Source of the DNA: an uncultured Gemmatimonadales bacterium
GTDB lineage: Bacteria > Gemmatimonadota > Gemmatimonadetes > Longimicrobiales > RSA9
Direction: 5' to 3'
NCBI GenBank assembly: GCA_963798845.1
Contig: CAWCUS010000006.1
Location: 1,024,001 to 1,088,000, forward strand
DNA: 64,000 nt
Shown: positions 10,847-20,820 of the stretch, one piece after another
How positions within the stretch are numbered: the first letter of the stretch is position 1
Layout of the letters: every line of letters starts with the position of its first letter
Translations under genes and position numbers: made by a program
Notes under the pieces: model-generated
The model's database searches: none
The model's input: only the letters and a program-made list of their open reading frames with translations
Told to the model about the DNA's origin: nothing

Positions 10847-11083
10847 TCTGACGTCGGTCGGAAGGGTCGGCGGAGAATCGCCGCGCGCCGCGCAGCCCGC
10901 GCACGGGCCGAAGCATAGGTGATGCCCCGCCCCCTCGACAGTGCAGCCCTCGAGAGCAGGGCCGTGTGGCCTTCGCGGCACCGAGTGTACATCATCCCTG
11001 TGGTGGAGAGGAAGACGTGGGTATCGTGCTTGCTGGGGTGGTGACACACTCGAGGCGGGAATCAATGCGCGGGAGGCATTTGA

Positions 11084-11797
11084 ATGGTGCCGGATCTCAG
11101 GGGGAAGGTCGCGGTGGTGACGGGGGGAACGAAAGGTATCGGGCGCGCCATTGCGGAAGGGCTGCTGGACGCGGGCGCACGCGTGGTGGTGGGTGCGCGA
11201 ACGGAGCCGGACGTGGTGCGGTCCGCGGCCGAGCTCGGTGAGCGGGCCCGGGGCGTGGTGTGCGACGTGCGACGCAGCGGCGATTGTGAGCGGCTGGTCC
11301 AGGCCGCGGTGAGCGCGTTCGGCGGGCTCGACATCCTGGTGAACAACGCGGGCATCGGCCGGTTCGAGCGAGTAGCGGCGATGTCGCCGGCGAGCTGGGA
11401 CGCCGTGATCGAGACGAACCTGAACGGCCTGTTCTACGCGTCCCATGCCGCCATACCGCTCCTGGTGGATCGAGGTGGCGGCTGGATCATCAACATCGGG
11501 AGCCTGGCAGGGAAGAACGCCTTCCCGGGCGGCGCGGCGTACAACGCCAGCAAGTTCGGCCTCGTCGGCTTCAGCGAAGCGCTCATGCAGGAAGTCCGAC
11601 ACGACGGCATCCGGGTCAGCTACATCATGCCCGGGAGCGTGGCGAGCGACTTCTCCCATCCCGATCCGGCCAGCGACGACGCCTGGAAGATCCAGCCGCC
11701 GGACATCGCCGCCATCGTCCTCGACCTTCTGGCGACGCCCGATCGCACGCTCCCCAGCCGCGTCGAGGTCCGCCCCTCCCGCCCTCCGCGCAAGTGA
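11084..11797 (+). CDS. SDR oxidoreductase
   Basis: TGGTKGIG, NNAG, YNASK. Confidence 0.9.
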   Translation: MVPDLRGKVAVVTGGTKGIGRAIAEGLLDAGARVVVGARTEPDVVRSAAELGERARGVVCDVRRSGDCERLVQAAVSAFGGLDILVNNAGIGRFERVAAMSPASWDAVIETNLNGLFYASHAAIPLLVDRGGGWIINIGSLAGKNAFPGGAAYNASKFGLVGFSEALMQEVRHDGIRVSYIMPGSVASDFSHPDPASDDAWKIQPPDIAAIVLDLLATPDRTLPSRVEVRPSRPPRK

Positions 11798-11879
11798 GAG
11801 CCCCGTCTCCAGGTCGAACACGTCTTCACCGTCGTACACGTCTGCCACACCTTTCACGCTCTGACCGGGTGCTCCTGAC

Positions 11880-13265
11880 ATGACCGACTACCGGACTGAA
11901 AAAGACTCGCTGGGTGAGATCAAGGTGCCCGCGGACGCACTCTACGCGGCGCAGACGCAGCGGGCGGTGGAGAACTTCCCTGTCAGCGACCTGCGCTTCC
12001 CGCGGGAGTTCATCGCCGCGCTCGGGATCATCAAGCGCGCGGCAGCACAGACGAACGTCGAGCTGGGGCTGCTCGGCGAGGACGTGGGCGGCGCCATCGT
12101 GGAAGCGGCGGAGGAAGTCATCTCCGGGGAGCACGACGACCAGTTCCCGATCGACATCTTCCAGACCGGAAGCGGCACCTCGACCAACATGAACGCGAAC
12201 GAGGTGATCGCGACGCTGGCGAGTCGTCGGCTCGGATCGACCGTGCACCCGAACGACCATGTGAACTACGCGCAGTCGTCCAACGACGTCATACCCACGG
12301 CCATGCAGATCTCGGCGGCGCTGCTGGCGGTGCGGTCTCTTCTGCCGGCTCTCGAGCGGCTCCAGGATTCACTGGAGCGGAAGGCGAGGGAGTTCGACGG
12401 GATCGTCAAGTCGGGACGCACGCACCTGATGGACGCGACGCCCGTGCGCCTGGGCCAGGAGTTCGGCGGCTACGCGAGCCAGGTGCAGCACGGGATCCGG
12501 CGGATCCAGGACGGGCTGGCGGACCTGCGGGAGCTGCCGCTGGGCGGGACCGCGGTCGGCACGGGGATCAACACGCACCCGGAGTTCGCGCGCCGCACCA
12601 TTGCCCGGATCGTCGAGGCGGTTGGGGTGGAGTTCAGGGAGGCCGACAACCACTTCGAGCGCCAGTCCACGCGCGACACGGTGGTCTACCTGCATGGCGC
12701 GCTGAACACGCTGGCCGTGTCGCTCATGAAGATCGCCAACGACATCCGCTGGCTGGCGAGCGGACCCCGGGCCGGACTGGCGGAGATAACCCTTCCGGCC
12801 ACGCAGCCGGGCTCGAGCATCATGCCCGGGAAGGTGAACCCGGTGATCCCGGAGGCCGTGACCATGGTGGCGGCGCAGGTGATGGGGAACAACACCACCA
12901 TCACCGTGGCCGGGACGGGCGCCTATTTCGAGCTCAATCTCATGATGCCGGTCATGGCGTACGCGCTGCTGCAGTCCATCTCGATCCTGGCGAACGCGTC
13001 GACGGTGCTGGCGGAGAAGTGCGTGGACGGGATCGTCGCCAACCGCGAGCGGATCCAGGCGCTGCTGGAGGGGAACCTCTCCATGGGCACGGCGCTCGCG
13101 CCGCGCATCGGCTACGACGCGGCGGCGGCGCTCGCCAAGGAGGCGTTCAGGGAGAACCGGACGGTGCGCGACGTGGCGCGGGAGAAGAGGGTGCTGCCGG
13201 AGGAGGAGCTGGAGAGGGTGCTGGACCCCCGCTCCATGACAGAGCCGGGGATTCCGGGCTCATGA
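11880..13265 (+). CDS. fumC: class II fumarate hydratase
   Basis: QTGSGTSTNMNANEV, KSGRTHLMDATP, GSSIMPGKVNP. Confidence 0.9.
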   Translation: MTDYRTEKDSLGEIKVPADALYAAQTQRAVENFPVSDLRFPREFIAALGIIKRAAAQTNVELGLLGEDVGGAIVEAAEEVISGEHDDQFPIDIFQTGSGTSTNMNANEVIATLASRRLGSTVHPNDHVNYAQSSNDVIPTAMQISAALLAVRSLLPALERLQDSLERKAREFDGIVKSGRTHLMDATPVRLGQEFGGYASQVQHGIRRIQDGLADLRELPLGGTAVGTGINTHPEFARRTIARIVEAVGVEFREADNHFERQSTRDTVVYLHGALNTLAVSLMKIANDIRWLASGPRAGLAEITLPATQPGSSIMPGKVNPVIPEAVTMVAAQVMGNNTTITVAGTGAYFELNLMMPVMAYALLQSISILANASTVLAEKCVDGIVANRERIQALLEGNLSMGTALAPRIGYDAAAALAKEAFRENRTVRDVAREKRVLPEEELERVLDPRSMTEPGIPGS

Positions 13266-13616
13266 GCCCGCTATGGCCCCTTCGTCGGCGGGTGGCGGCG
13301 GGGCGACGGCGGCGTCCGCGTTCCCGTTTCCGAGCAGCGTTTTCAGCTTCTCCACCTCCCGGGCAATGACCGGACGCTGCAGCACGTTCATGGTCCAGAG
13401 CCCGTTCTTGCGACGCCCGATGAGCCCGGCCTCGGCCAGGATGGCCAGGTGGTGCGAGAGGAGGGAAGGGGAGAGGTCCAGGGCGGTGCCGATGGCGCCG
13501 CACGTCATCTCCGTGTCCTCGCCTGCGAGCAGCTCCACGATGCGGAAGCGCTTCTCGTCCGAAAGCGCTGCGAGCACGCGGATGGTCTCGCTCGACGTCG
13601 ACTGGGAATCCTGCAC
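13260..13616 (-). CDS. ArsR/SmtB-family transcriptional regulator
   Basis: ALSDEKRFRIV..LSHHLAILAEAGLI winged HTH; GGAGG RBS before GTG start. Confidence 0.85.
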   Translation of the reverse strand: MQDSQSTSSETIRVLAALSDEKRFRIVELLAGEDTEMTCGAIGTALDLSPSLLSHHLAILAEAGLIGRRKNGLWTMNVLQRPVIAREVEKLKTLLGNGNADAAVAPPPPADEGAIAGS

Positions 13617-13678
13617 TGGTCCTCCGGTGCTGCCTGGGCGGTGGTCGTTCTCGGGCTCGGGCCGATACTACCCGCGTG

Positions 13679-14095
13679 TCACGACCGGGGTCCGCCCCGG
13701 GCCGGAGCCTGGGAAAGGTGGAGGGAGAAGGCTTCCAGCGATTCGCTTTCAAAACGAACGACGAAGCGATAGTGGCCGGCGTGCGGGAAGACCACGTTCT
13801 CCAGCGGCATCAGGAGACGGGTCCGCGGACGCTCCGGCTCGTCGGAGGCGGGCGCCACGTCCGTGTGCCCGGTGATGGTGAGGACCTTGCGGTCGGCGCC
13901 ATCGAGGAGGTCGGCCTGGAACGCCTTCCGCCCCCGCTCCGAGGGCGACCATTCCATGACGAACACGACGGTCATCCGGTCCTGCGCCGCCGGGAAGCCC
14001 GGGGCCTGGAGCCGGTCGAACACGCCGTGGAAATCGAGACGGCCGTCCGGACGCTCGCGGGCGTCCTCGCAGGCCAGTGAAAGAAGTAGCTTCAT
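13679..14095 (-). CDS. conserved hypothetical protein (DUF6941-like)
   Basis: MKLLLSLACEDARERPDGRLDFHGVF...FPHAGHYRF pattern; ATG at 14095. Confidence 0.7.
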   Translation of the reverse strand: MKLLLSLACEDARERPDGRLDFHGVFDRLQAPGFPAAQDRMTVVFVMEWSPSERGRKAFQADLLDGADRKVLTITGHTDVAPASDEPERPRTRLLMPLENVVFPHAGHYRFVVRFESESLEAFSLHLSQAPARGGPRS

Positions 14096-14145
14096 GGCGC
14101 CGCGATGATGACGGAGATGGATACGAACGTCAACCGGAGGGATCG

Positions 14146-14829
14146 TTGAGGACGCTGCTGGTCGCCCTGTCACACCCGGACGACGAGATGGGCTGCGCAG
14201 GGACCATGGCCACCCACGTCGCCGCCGGCGACCGCGTGGTGCTGCTCTGGCTCACGCGGGGGGAGATGACGGAGATCTACGGGCAGCTCTCGCCGGAAGA
14301 GGTGGCGGAGCGGCGCACTGCACAGGGGGAGGAGGCGGCCGGGATCCTCGGTGCCGAGCCGCGCTTTCTCGACTTCCCGGACACGCGGATCGAGGCCACG
14401 CCCGACGCCGCACGGGAAGTGGCGCGGGTGATCGCAGACGTCCGGCCGAACGCCGTGATCACGTGGGGGGATGCGTGGGCGAGAGGGATGCGCCACCCGG
14501 ACCACCAGGCCACGGGTCGAATCGTCCGGGACGCCATCACGCTGGCGCGGCTCGGTCGGGTGGTGGGCCCGAGGCCCCACCGTGATCCCGCGCCCGTCTT
14601 CACCCTTCGTGGCGAGCACTCCACGCTGCCGGAGACGCTCGTGGACGTGAGCGCGCAGCTCGACCGCGTCCTGGAGCTCGGGGCCTTCTACCGCGAGCGG
14701 GTCGGGTGGCCGCCGCCCGACTGGCTGCGGGACCGGCTCAGGCGCGCCGGCGAGCCCCACGGCGTCGCGGCCGCCGAGCGCTTCGACGCCTGGGAGACGG
14801 CGGCCGCATTCAGTGAGCGACTGTTCTGA
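14146..14829 (+). CDS. PIG-L family deacetylase
   Basis: SHPDDE and HPDH metal motifs; TTG start after GGAGG. Confidence 0.88.
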   Translation: MRTLLVALSHPDDEMGCAGTMATHVAAGDRVVLLWLTRGEMTEIYGQLSPEEVAERRTAQGEEAAGILGAEPRFLDFPDTRIEATPDAAREVARVIADVRPNAVITWGDAWARGMRHPDHQATGRIVRDAITLARLGRVVGPRPHRDPAPVFTLRGEHSTLPETLVDVSAQLDRVLELGAFYRERVGWPPPDWLRDRLRRAGEPHGVAAAERFDAWETAAAFSERLF

Positions 14830-14885
14830 GCGTGCGCCGGGCCGAACGGGGATCCGCCTGGCGCCGCGGCCGGATCGGGGACGCC

Positions 14886-15734
14886 TCAACCTTCCCGGAA
14901 ATCCAGCCGTTCGTAGGTTCGGCTCCCGCTCAGCCGGCTGTCGAGAGTGGCATGGATGCGCGTCTCCTGCGGGCGGTCCAACGGCGGCTCGTAGGGCGGA
15001 AGAACGCGGATGTCGTCGCGCTCGAGCACCGGCGTGGTCAGGCGGCCGGCGGTCTCGCCCACATCCACGTAACCGATGGGGAGCGCCGCTTCCCGCGCCG
15101 GGTCGTCGAGCGCCACCACCGCGTAGCGCACCTTTCTGGCCGACGGCTCCACCAGCAGCTCCGTGACCTCGCCCACGTCCTCGCCCCGCGCGTCGCACAG
15201 CTTCCAGCCGCGGATGTCGGGCTCGCCGCGTGCCAGCCTGAACTCGGAGAGCGCGGAAAGCGGGCGCAGCGGCGAACCCTCCCCGGCCGCGGCGTCCGGC
15301 CCCTCGATCGGGTGCTCCCCGACGTAGATGGCGCCGTGGTCGAAAGACGGGTGGGCGTAATAGCGCGAGCCGTAGAACAGGCGGCCGCTGGCCGCCAGGA
15401 CGCGGTCCTGAAAGGTGGCGTCCACGTCCGAGGGGTCGCCGTCGTAGGACGGGATGGACAGCAGGTCCTCGTACGTGGCCGCTCTCAACTGTAAGCGGGG
15501 TGGGACGCGGTTGCGCTCGAAGCGGGCGTGGCCGATGGGGACGAGGACGTGCTTCGGCTCGTCCGCCATGCCGATGTCGAGGTAGCGGATCAGCCCGGTT
15601 CGCTTCTCCGAGAGCGTGCCCACCAGGCCGCCCACGGGACGCCCTTCCACGTCGGCCGTCGAAAGCCCCGCCAGGTCGTCTGTCGCGATGAGAGCAGGCG
15701 GCTCGCCCGGCGCCGGACCGTACAGTCGTGTCAT
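14886..15734 (-). CDS. tandem PRC-barrel domain protein
   Basis: Two PRC-like repeats (G..VG..IRYLDI..VLVPIG; DIRGWKLCDARGEDVGEVTELLVE..VRY). Confidence 0.8.
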   Translation of the reverse strand: MTRLYGPAPGEPPALIATDDLAGLSTADVEGRPVGGLVGTLSEKRTGLIRYLDIGMADEPKHVLVPIGHARFERNRVPPRLQLRAATYEDLLSIPSYDGDPSDVDATFQDRVLAASGRLFYGSRYYAHPSFDHGAIYVGEHPIEGPDAAAGEGSPLRPLSALSEFRLARGEPDIRGWKLCDARGEDVGEVTELLVEPSARKVRYAVVALDDPAREAALPIGYVDVGETAGRLTTPVLERDDIRVLPPYEPPLDRPQETRIHATLDSRLSGSRTYERLDFREG

Positions 15735-16277
15735 TCAGTAGAGGAGCGCGCGGCGGAGCCGCCCGCTGAGCGAATCTTCCGGGATCGTGAGCGCGTGAGA
15801 CAGGATTTCGGGGATGGACCGGCCGGCGATGGACCAGTCCTCCTCCATCCACGCGCGACCGCCGGGGCCGACGAAGAGAAGACGACCCACCCAACGCCCG
15901 CGCGTCTGCCAGCACTGCACCATGACGCGCCACTGGCTGCCCGCCACCTCGAGGTCCCGGATGTCGACGCTCTCGGCGATGCTGCCCATGGAGGGCTCGG
16001 GCGGCGCGGAAGCGGGCGCCTCTCCGGGCAGACTCACCGGCGCGTGGCGCGGGATGCGCACGGCGCCGCTCCAGTCACACGCCGGGCACCAGCGGCGGTG
16101 GACCTCGTGCGCCGGGAGGGCGACGCTCACCGCGGCGTTCACGCGGGAGCGGAGCCGTAGCGTCTCCTGGGAGCAGCTCGGGCACCGGCGAGTGCGCGGC
16201 AGAGACCGGACCCGGGCGAAGATCCCGATCGCCAGCGGCAGCGCGATCACCAGTGACAGAACCAGACCCAGCACCAT
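15735..16277 (-). CDS. hypothetical membrane-anchored Zn-ribbon protein
   Basis: N-terminal TM, CPSC and CPAC pairs; abuts the PRC-barrel gene. Confidence 0.65.
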   Translation of the reverse strand: MVLGLVLSLVIALPLAIGIFARVRSLPRTRRCPSCSQETLRLRSRVNAAVSVALPAHEVHRRWCPACDWSGAVRIPRHAPVSLPGEAPASAPPEPSMGSIAESVDIRDLEVAGSQWRVMVQCWQTRGRWVGRLLFVGPGGRAWMEEDWSIAGRSIPEILSHALTIPEDSLSGRLRRALLY

Positions 16278-16312
16278 TTGACACTCGCTCCTGGGGACCC
16301 ACCTTCAGCTTC

Positions 16313-17221
16313 ATGACCGAGCAAGTTGCGGACCGAAGCCAGGCCTTTCACGGCCACTCCAAACATGCCGACGAGCTGGGGGCCCACGTCTCCACGGCCG
16401 GTGGCGTCGCCATGGCGCCGGGGCGAGCGGCCGAGCTGGATTCCGTAGTCCTCCAGCTGTTCTCGAAGCAGCCGAGCCGCTGGGCCGAGAGGGAGATCGA
16501 CCCCGACGAGGCGGCGGCGTTCCGCGACGCCTGCGCCGCCCACGGCGTGCGCGTGACGGCGTCGCACGACTCGTACCTCATCAACCTGGCCACCCCGGAT
16601 CCATCGCTCCTCGAGCGGTCGCGGGCCTCGTTCACCGCCGAGCTGCGCCGCGCCGAAGCCCTCGGGCTCGACTTCGTCGTGACGCACCCGGGCAACGCCA
16701 CCGATGGGGACGCGCAACGCGGAATGCGACAGAACGCCACGGCCATCGCCGATGCGCTCGACGACGTCCCGGGCCGCGTCCGCGTTCTCCTGGAGGGGAC
16801 GGCCGGCACCGGGACCGCTCTCGGCGCGACCTTCGAAGAGCTCGCCCGGATGCTCGGCGACATTGACCGGCGCCACCCCGACCGCGCCGCCGTATGCCTC
16901 GACACCTGCCACCTCTGGGCCGCCGGGTACGACCTCCTCCGCCTCGACGACGTCCTGGAGCGACTCGACCGCGTGATCGGCCTCCGTTACCTCCGGCTTC
17001 TCCACCTCAACGACTCCGTGGCGCCGTTCGGCGCGCACAGGGACCGCCACGCCGGCATCGCCGAAGGCACCATCGGCGACGCTCCATTCCGCGCCCTCAT
17101 GCATCACCCCGCCCTGCGCGGCGTCCCCAAGGTCATCGAGACGCCGAAGGGCGATGACGCCCTGGCCGCCGACCGGGCCAACCTGGCTCGCCTGCGCGGC
17201 TACCGATCGGGACCAAAGTGA
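16313..17221 (+). CDS. nfo: endonuclease IV
   Basis: GAHVS, HDSYLINL, HPG, LEGTAG, CLDTCH, HLNDS, DRHA, IETP. Confidence 0.93.
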   Translation: MTEQVADRSQAFHGHSKHADELGAHVSTAGGVAMAPGRAAELDSVVLQLFSKQPSRWAEREIDPDEAAAFRDACAAHGVRVTASHDSYLINLATPDPSLLERSRASFTAELRRAEALGLDFVVTHPGNATDGDAQRGMRQNATAIADALDDVPGRVRVLLEGTAGTGTALGATFEELARMLGDIDRRHPDRAAVCLDTCHLWAAGYDLLRLDDVLERLDRVIGLRYLRLLHLNDSVAPFGAHRDRHAGIAEGTIGDAPFRALMHHPALRGVPKVIETPKGDDALAADRANLARLRGYRSGPK

Positions 17222-17537
17222 CAGATGCGCGCAAAGAGTACCCGTGTTCCGGCCCTGGCGGGTGCGCTCTCGTTTTCCGCTAGCTGTTGAGCCACAACGA
17301 CTTACGCCTGCATGCCAGGATTTGGACCCGTTCGTGCCCATCGACCGGGGCACAACAAGGGTGGCCGTGGCGGCGGGATAACCGGGGAGAGCGCCGCGGA
17401 CAGACGAACGGTCGTTGCTCAGGCAACGGCCGTTTCGTCGTTTGCCAGTGACCGGCCGTCGACCGGCCCGAGCACCGAAAGCCTGATGTGGGGAACGCCG
17501 TGACGGCTGGCGGAGGGGCGGGGCGCGCGGCAGCCCG

Positions 17538-17566
17538 TTGACGCGCCGGCGGGTTCCGTCGAGATT
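17538..17566 (+). promoter_or_regulatory. sigma70 promoter of putative 6S RNA
   Basis: TTGACG-17 nt-GAGATT ending 8 nt before the RNA stem. Confidence 0.6.
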
Positions 17567-17573
17567 GAACGTG

Positions 17574-17725
17574 CGGTGCGCTGGAGGGCTCTCAATTTGA
17601 GCCGACACTGAAGATGCAGGGACCGGCTTCTGTTCCGGACGCCAGGCCCGACAGGGAAGGCGGAAGGAACGGGGAGGTCACCAGTTGTTGACAACTGGGC
17701 TTCAAATTCACCCTTCGGTGCGCCG
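17574..17725 (+). ncRNA. ssrS: probable 6S RNA
   Basis: Rod fold by hand: 17574-17588 pairs with 17711-17725, AATTTGA-GCC with GGC-TTCAAATT, central bubble, apical stem CTTCTGTTCC/GGAACGGGGAG. UGAGCCGA motif as in E. coli 6S; own promoter and terminator. Confidence 0.75.
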
Positions 17726-17728
17726 ATC

Positions 17729-17764
17729 GGGCCGGCCTGTGGATCGTCACGGGCCGGCCCTTTC
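17729..17764 (+). terminator. intrinsic terminator after 6S RNA
   Basis: 13-bp stem GGGCCGGCCTGTG/CACGGGCCGGCCC followed by TTTC. Confidence 0.65.
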
Positions 17765-17872
17765 GGTATCCGGGCGTCCGTCGGTGGGTCGGCGCGGAAG
17801 CCGCAGGGCGCGGCGTGGCTATCGTACGCGGCGGTCGGCATCACACCGCCCGTGGCGAGAGAGGAGGCTGGC

Positions 17873-18289
17873 ATGGCGAAGGTGGCGGTGACGCGGCGGC
17901 TGCACTTCGCGGCGGCGCACAGGCTGGGGCGAGCGGAGTGGAGTGCCGAGCGCAACGCGCGGGTGTTCGGGGATTGCTCGAACCCGAACTGGCACGGTCA
18001 CAACTACGAGCTGGACGTGACCGTGGAAGGCGAGATCTCGCCGGAGACGGGCTTCGTGCTGGACCTGAAGGCGCTGAAGGCGCTGGTGCAGGAGCGGGTG
18101 ATCGGGGACGTGGACCACCGGAACCTGAATCTGGATGTGGGGTGGATGGAAGGGTTGAATCCCACCACGGAGAACCTGGTGGTGGCGATCTGGGGGCGGC
18201 TGGAGCCGTCGATGCCGGCGGACGTGCGGCTGGTGCGGCTGGTGCTCTGGGAGACGCCGCGGAACTACGTCGAATACAGCGGGGCGTGA
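17873..18289 (+). CDS. 6-pyruvoyl-tetrahydropterin synthase (COG0720, CX5HGH type)
   Basis: [39 protein letters not shown]. Confidence 0.9.
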   Translation: MAKVAVTRRLHFAAAHRLGRAEWSAERNARVFGDCSNPNWHGHNYELDVTVEGEISPETGFVLDLKALKALVQERVIGDVDHRNLNLDVGWMEGLNPTTENLVVAIWGRLEPSMPADVRLVRLVLWETPRNYVEYSGA

Positions 18290-18912
18290 TGACACGGAAC
18301 GGGGAGGGCGGGGTGGGCACGGATTCGCGGGAGGGCGTGCTGTCGTCGGTGGAGCTGCCGGCGCTGGTGCGGGAGCTGCTCGTGCGTCTGGGCGAGGACC
18401 CGGAGCGCCAGGGTCTTCTGAGGACGCCGACCCGGGTGGCGGACAGCCTGACCTGGCTGACGCGGGGCTACCGGCAGTCGGTGGAGGAATTGATCGGCGA
18501 CGCCATCTTCGATGAGGACCACCACAACATGGTGGTGGTGAAGGACATCGAGATGTACTCCATGTGCGAGCACCACATGCTGCCGTTCTTCGGCAAGGTG
18601 CACGTCGCTTACATCCCGAACGGCCGCATCGTGGGGCTCTCCAAAGTGCCGAGAGTAGTGGACATGTTCGCGCGCCGGCTCCAGGTGCAGGAGCGGATGA
18701 CCGAGCAGATCGCGGACGCGATCCAGCGGGTGCTGGAGCCGGAGGGGGTGGCCGTGGTCTGCGAAGCGTACCACCTGTGCATGATGATGCGCGGGGTGGA
18801 GAAGCAGAACTCCAAGACCATCACCAGCGCCATGAAGGGCGTGTTCCTGGAGGACCTCCGCACGCGCGAAGAGTTTCTGCGCCTGAGCGCCATCCATGGC
18901 ATCATCGACTGA
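18289..18912 (+). CDS. folE: GTP cyclohydrolase I
   Basis: [46 protein letters not shown]. Confidence 0.95.
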   Translation: MTRNGEGGVGTDSREGVLSSVELPALVRELLVRLGEDPERQGLLRTPTRVADSLTWLTRGYRQSVEELIGDAIFDEDHHNMVVVKDIEMYSMCEHHMLPFFGKVHVAYIPNGRIVGLSKVPRVVDMFARRLQVQERMTEQIADAIQRVLEPEGVAVVCEAYHLCMMMRGVEKQNSKTITSAMKGVFLEDLRTREEFLRLSAIHGIID

Positions 18913-19609
18913 GCTCCGGGGTCGTCGGATCCTGGTAACGGGGGCAACGGGCGGGATCGGACGCGCGGTGTCCCGGGCGCTGGCGGGCCGGGGCGCCCGG
19001 CTGCTGCTGAACGCGCGGCGCGAGGAGCCCCTGCGGGCGCTGGCGGCGGAGCTGGGGGGAGAGGCGCTGCCCGGAGACGTGGGCGATGCCGGGACGGTGG
19101 AACGGATCCGCCGTCGGGCGACCGCCGACGGTCCGCTGGATGCCCTGGTGAACGCTGCGGGCGCGTTCGACCTCGCGCCCGTGGCCGAGACGGACACCGC
19201 GATGTTCGACCGCATGGTGGAGGGCAATCTTCGAGGTCCGTTCCTCTGCATCCGGGCGTTCCTGCCGGCCATGCTGGAGCGGAAGTCCGGCCATGTGGTG
19301 ACCGTGGGCTCGGTGGCCGGGCGGGTGCCTTTCCCCGGCAACGGCGCCTACTCGGCGTCGAAGTTCGGGGTGCGCGGGCTGCACGCTGTGCTGGACCAGG
19401 AGCTACGGGGCACGGGTGTGCGCGCGACGCTCGTGGAGCCATCGGCGACGGACACCCGGATCTGGGACGCGCTCGACCCGGACACGCGCGAGGACCTGCC
19501 ATCGCGAAGCGGGATGCTGTCCGCCGATGCCGTGGCGGACGTGGTCCTGTATGTCCTTTCCCGGCCGGCGGAGGTGCGGATCCCCGTCGTGTCGGTTCAA
19601 CGGAGCTGA
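18896..19609 (+). CDS. SDR oxidoreductase (candidate pterin reductase)
   Basis: [18 protein letters not shown]; overlaps folE stop. Confidence 0.85.
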   Translation: MASSTELRGRRILVTGATGGIGRAVSRALAGRGARLLLNARREEPLRALAAELGGEALPGDVGDAGTVERIRRRATADGPLDALVNAAGAFDLAPVAETDTAMFDRMVEGNLRGPFLCIRAFLPAMLERKSGHVVTVGSVAGRVPFPGNGAYSASKFGVRGLHAVLDQELRGTGVRATLVEPSATDTRIWDALDPDTREDLPSRSGMLSADAVADVVLYVLSRPAEVRIPVVSVQRS

Positions 19610-19612
19610 TCC

Positions 19613-19999
19613 ATGTACGTTGTGACGGTTCAGGCGCACTACGACTCGGCCCACTATCTCCGGAAGTACAAGGGGAAGTGCGAGAAGCTGCACGGGCACC
19701 ATTACGTGGTCGAAGCCGCGTTGACCTCCGAAGAGCTGAACGAGGGGGGGCTGGCTTACGACTTCGTCGAGATCAAGCGGCACCTGCGGGATCTCGCGGA
19801 CTGGATGGACCACCAGAACATCAACGAGCTGGCGCCGTTCACCGAGCTGGAGCCGTCGGCCGAGAACCAGGCGCGTTTCTTTTTCGACGAGCTGAAGCGG
19901 CTGCTTCCCGAGGGCATGCGCGACGCGCTCCTCTTCGTCCGGATCTGGGAGACGCCCACCCAGTGGGCCCAGTACTCCGAGAAGCAGCTGTTCTTCTGA
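19613..19999 (+). CDS. queD: 6-carboxytetrahydropterin synthase (COG0720, CEX2HGH type)
   Basis: YDSAHYL, GKCEKLHGH, DHQNIN, PSAEN, IWETP. Confidence 0.85.
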   Translation: MYVVTVQAHYDSAHYLRKYKGKCEKLHGHHYVVEAALTSEELNEGGLAYDFVEIKRHLRDLADWMDHQNINELAPFTELEPSAENQARFFFDELKRLLPEGMRDALLFVRIWETPTQWAQYSEKQLFF

Positions 20000-20048
20000 G
20001 CGCCCGCCGCCTCTGCCGCCCGCCGCTGGCGCCCGTCTCACCGCAGAC

Positions 20049-20738
20049 ATGAAGTCGTCGCTGAGCGACCTGGTGACCTGCCCCCGCTGCGGACCCGAGT
20101 GGGGGCTGGTCCTCATCCCCACACGCACTGCGGGCCGGCGGGTGGAGGAGGGCGTGCTGGGCTGTCCGAACTGCCGGGAGCGGTACCGGATCGCCGGTGG
20201 CGTGGCCAGCCTGGAAGTGCCCGGCGAGGCCCCGCGCGAGGGCGGCGACGACCAGGCGGAGGCGGCCGCGGCCGACCCGGAGCCTGCGGAGGAGGGCGCG
20301 GCCGCCGAGCGGGCGGTGCGCTTCGCCGCGCTCCTCGGCCTTGCCGAGGGCGGGGGCACGGTGGTTCTGGCCGGCGTGGCGGCAACCGACGCGGCGCGGA
20401 TCGCCGCCCTGCTCCCCGACGTGGATGTGGTGGAGGTGGTGAGGGACGCGCCCGCGGGGGCCGCGGCGGGGGGTGGTGACGGGGCGGCCGACGAACCGGA
20501 TGGGCCCGGATGGTCCGTGCTGCGCGTCTCCTCGGTGCTGCCGCTACGGAGCCGCGGGGCGAGGGCGGCGGCGCTCACGGGGTGGGCGTCGGAATGGATA
20601 GAGGAAGGAGCCCGCGTGGTAGGCATTGGGGGGCGCCTGGTCCTGGAGCCGGCGCCGCAAGACGCCGAAGCGCGGCTGACGGACGCCGGTCTGCGGATCC
20701 TGGCGAAACAGGGCGCCACGGTGGTGGCCGCGCGGTGA
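20049..20738 (+). CDS. Trm112-like Zn-ribbon protein with degenerate methyltransferase-like C-terminus
   Basis: LVTCPRC...EGVLGCPNCRERYRIAGGV Trm112 pattern. Confidence 0.65.
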   Translation: MKSSLSDLVTCPRCGPEWGLVLIPTRTAGRRVEEGVLGCPNCRERYRIAGGVASLEVPGEAPREGGDDQAEAAAADPEPAEEGAAAERAVRFAALLGLAEGGGTVVLAGVAATDAARIAALLPDVDVVEVVRDAPAGAAAGGGDGAADEPDGPGWSVLRVSSVLPLRSRGARAAALTGWASEWIEEGARVVGIGGRLVLEPAPQDAEARLTDAGLRILAKQGATVVAAR

Positions 20739-20820
20739 GCCGATTGCGTCGGCCCTGAGCCATTTCTATCTTGCCGACTGACCCCATCGATCCTGCAGCA
20801 CCCTCCCGATCCCGGAGTCC

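Noticed and set aside
8729..10918. Long antisense or alternate-frame ORFs (e.g. 8729-10918, 40830-43103, 43366-46029, 53558-56689)
   Set aside because: Shadow ORFs typical of high-GC DNA, lying opposite genes with clear family motifs
14886..15734. Photosynthetic reaction-centre H subunit (puhA)
   Set aside because: Similarity is only the generic PRC-barrel; no N-terminal TM and no photosynthesis genes nearby
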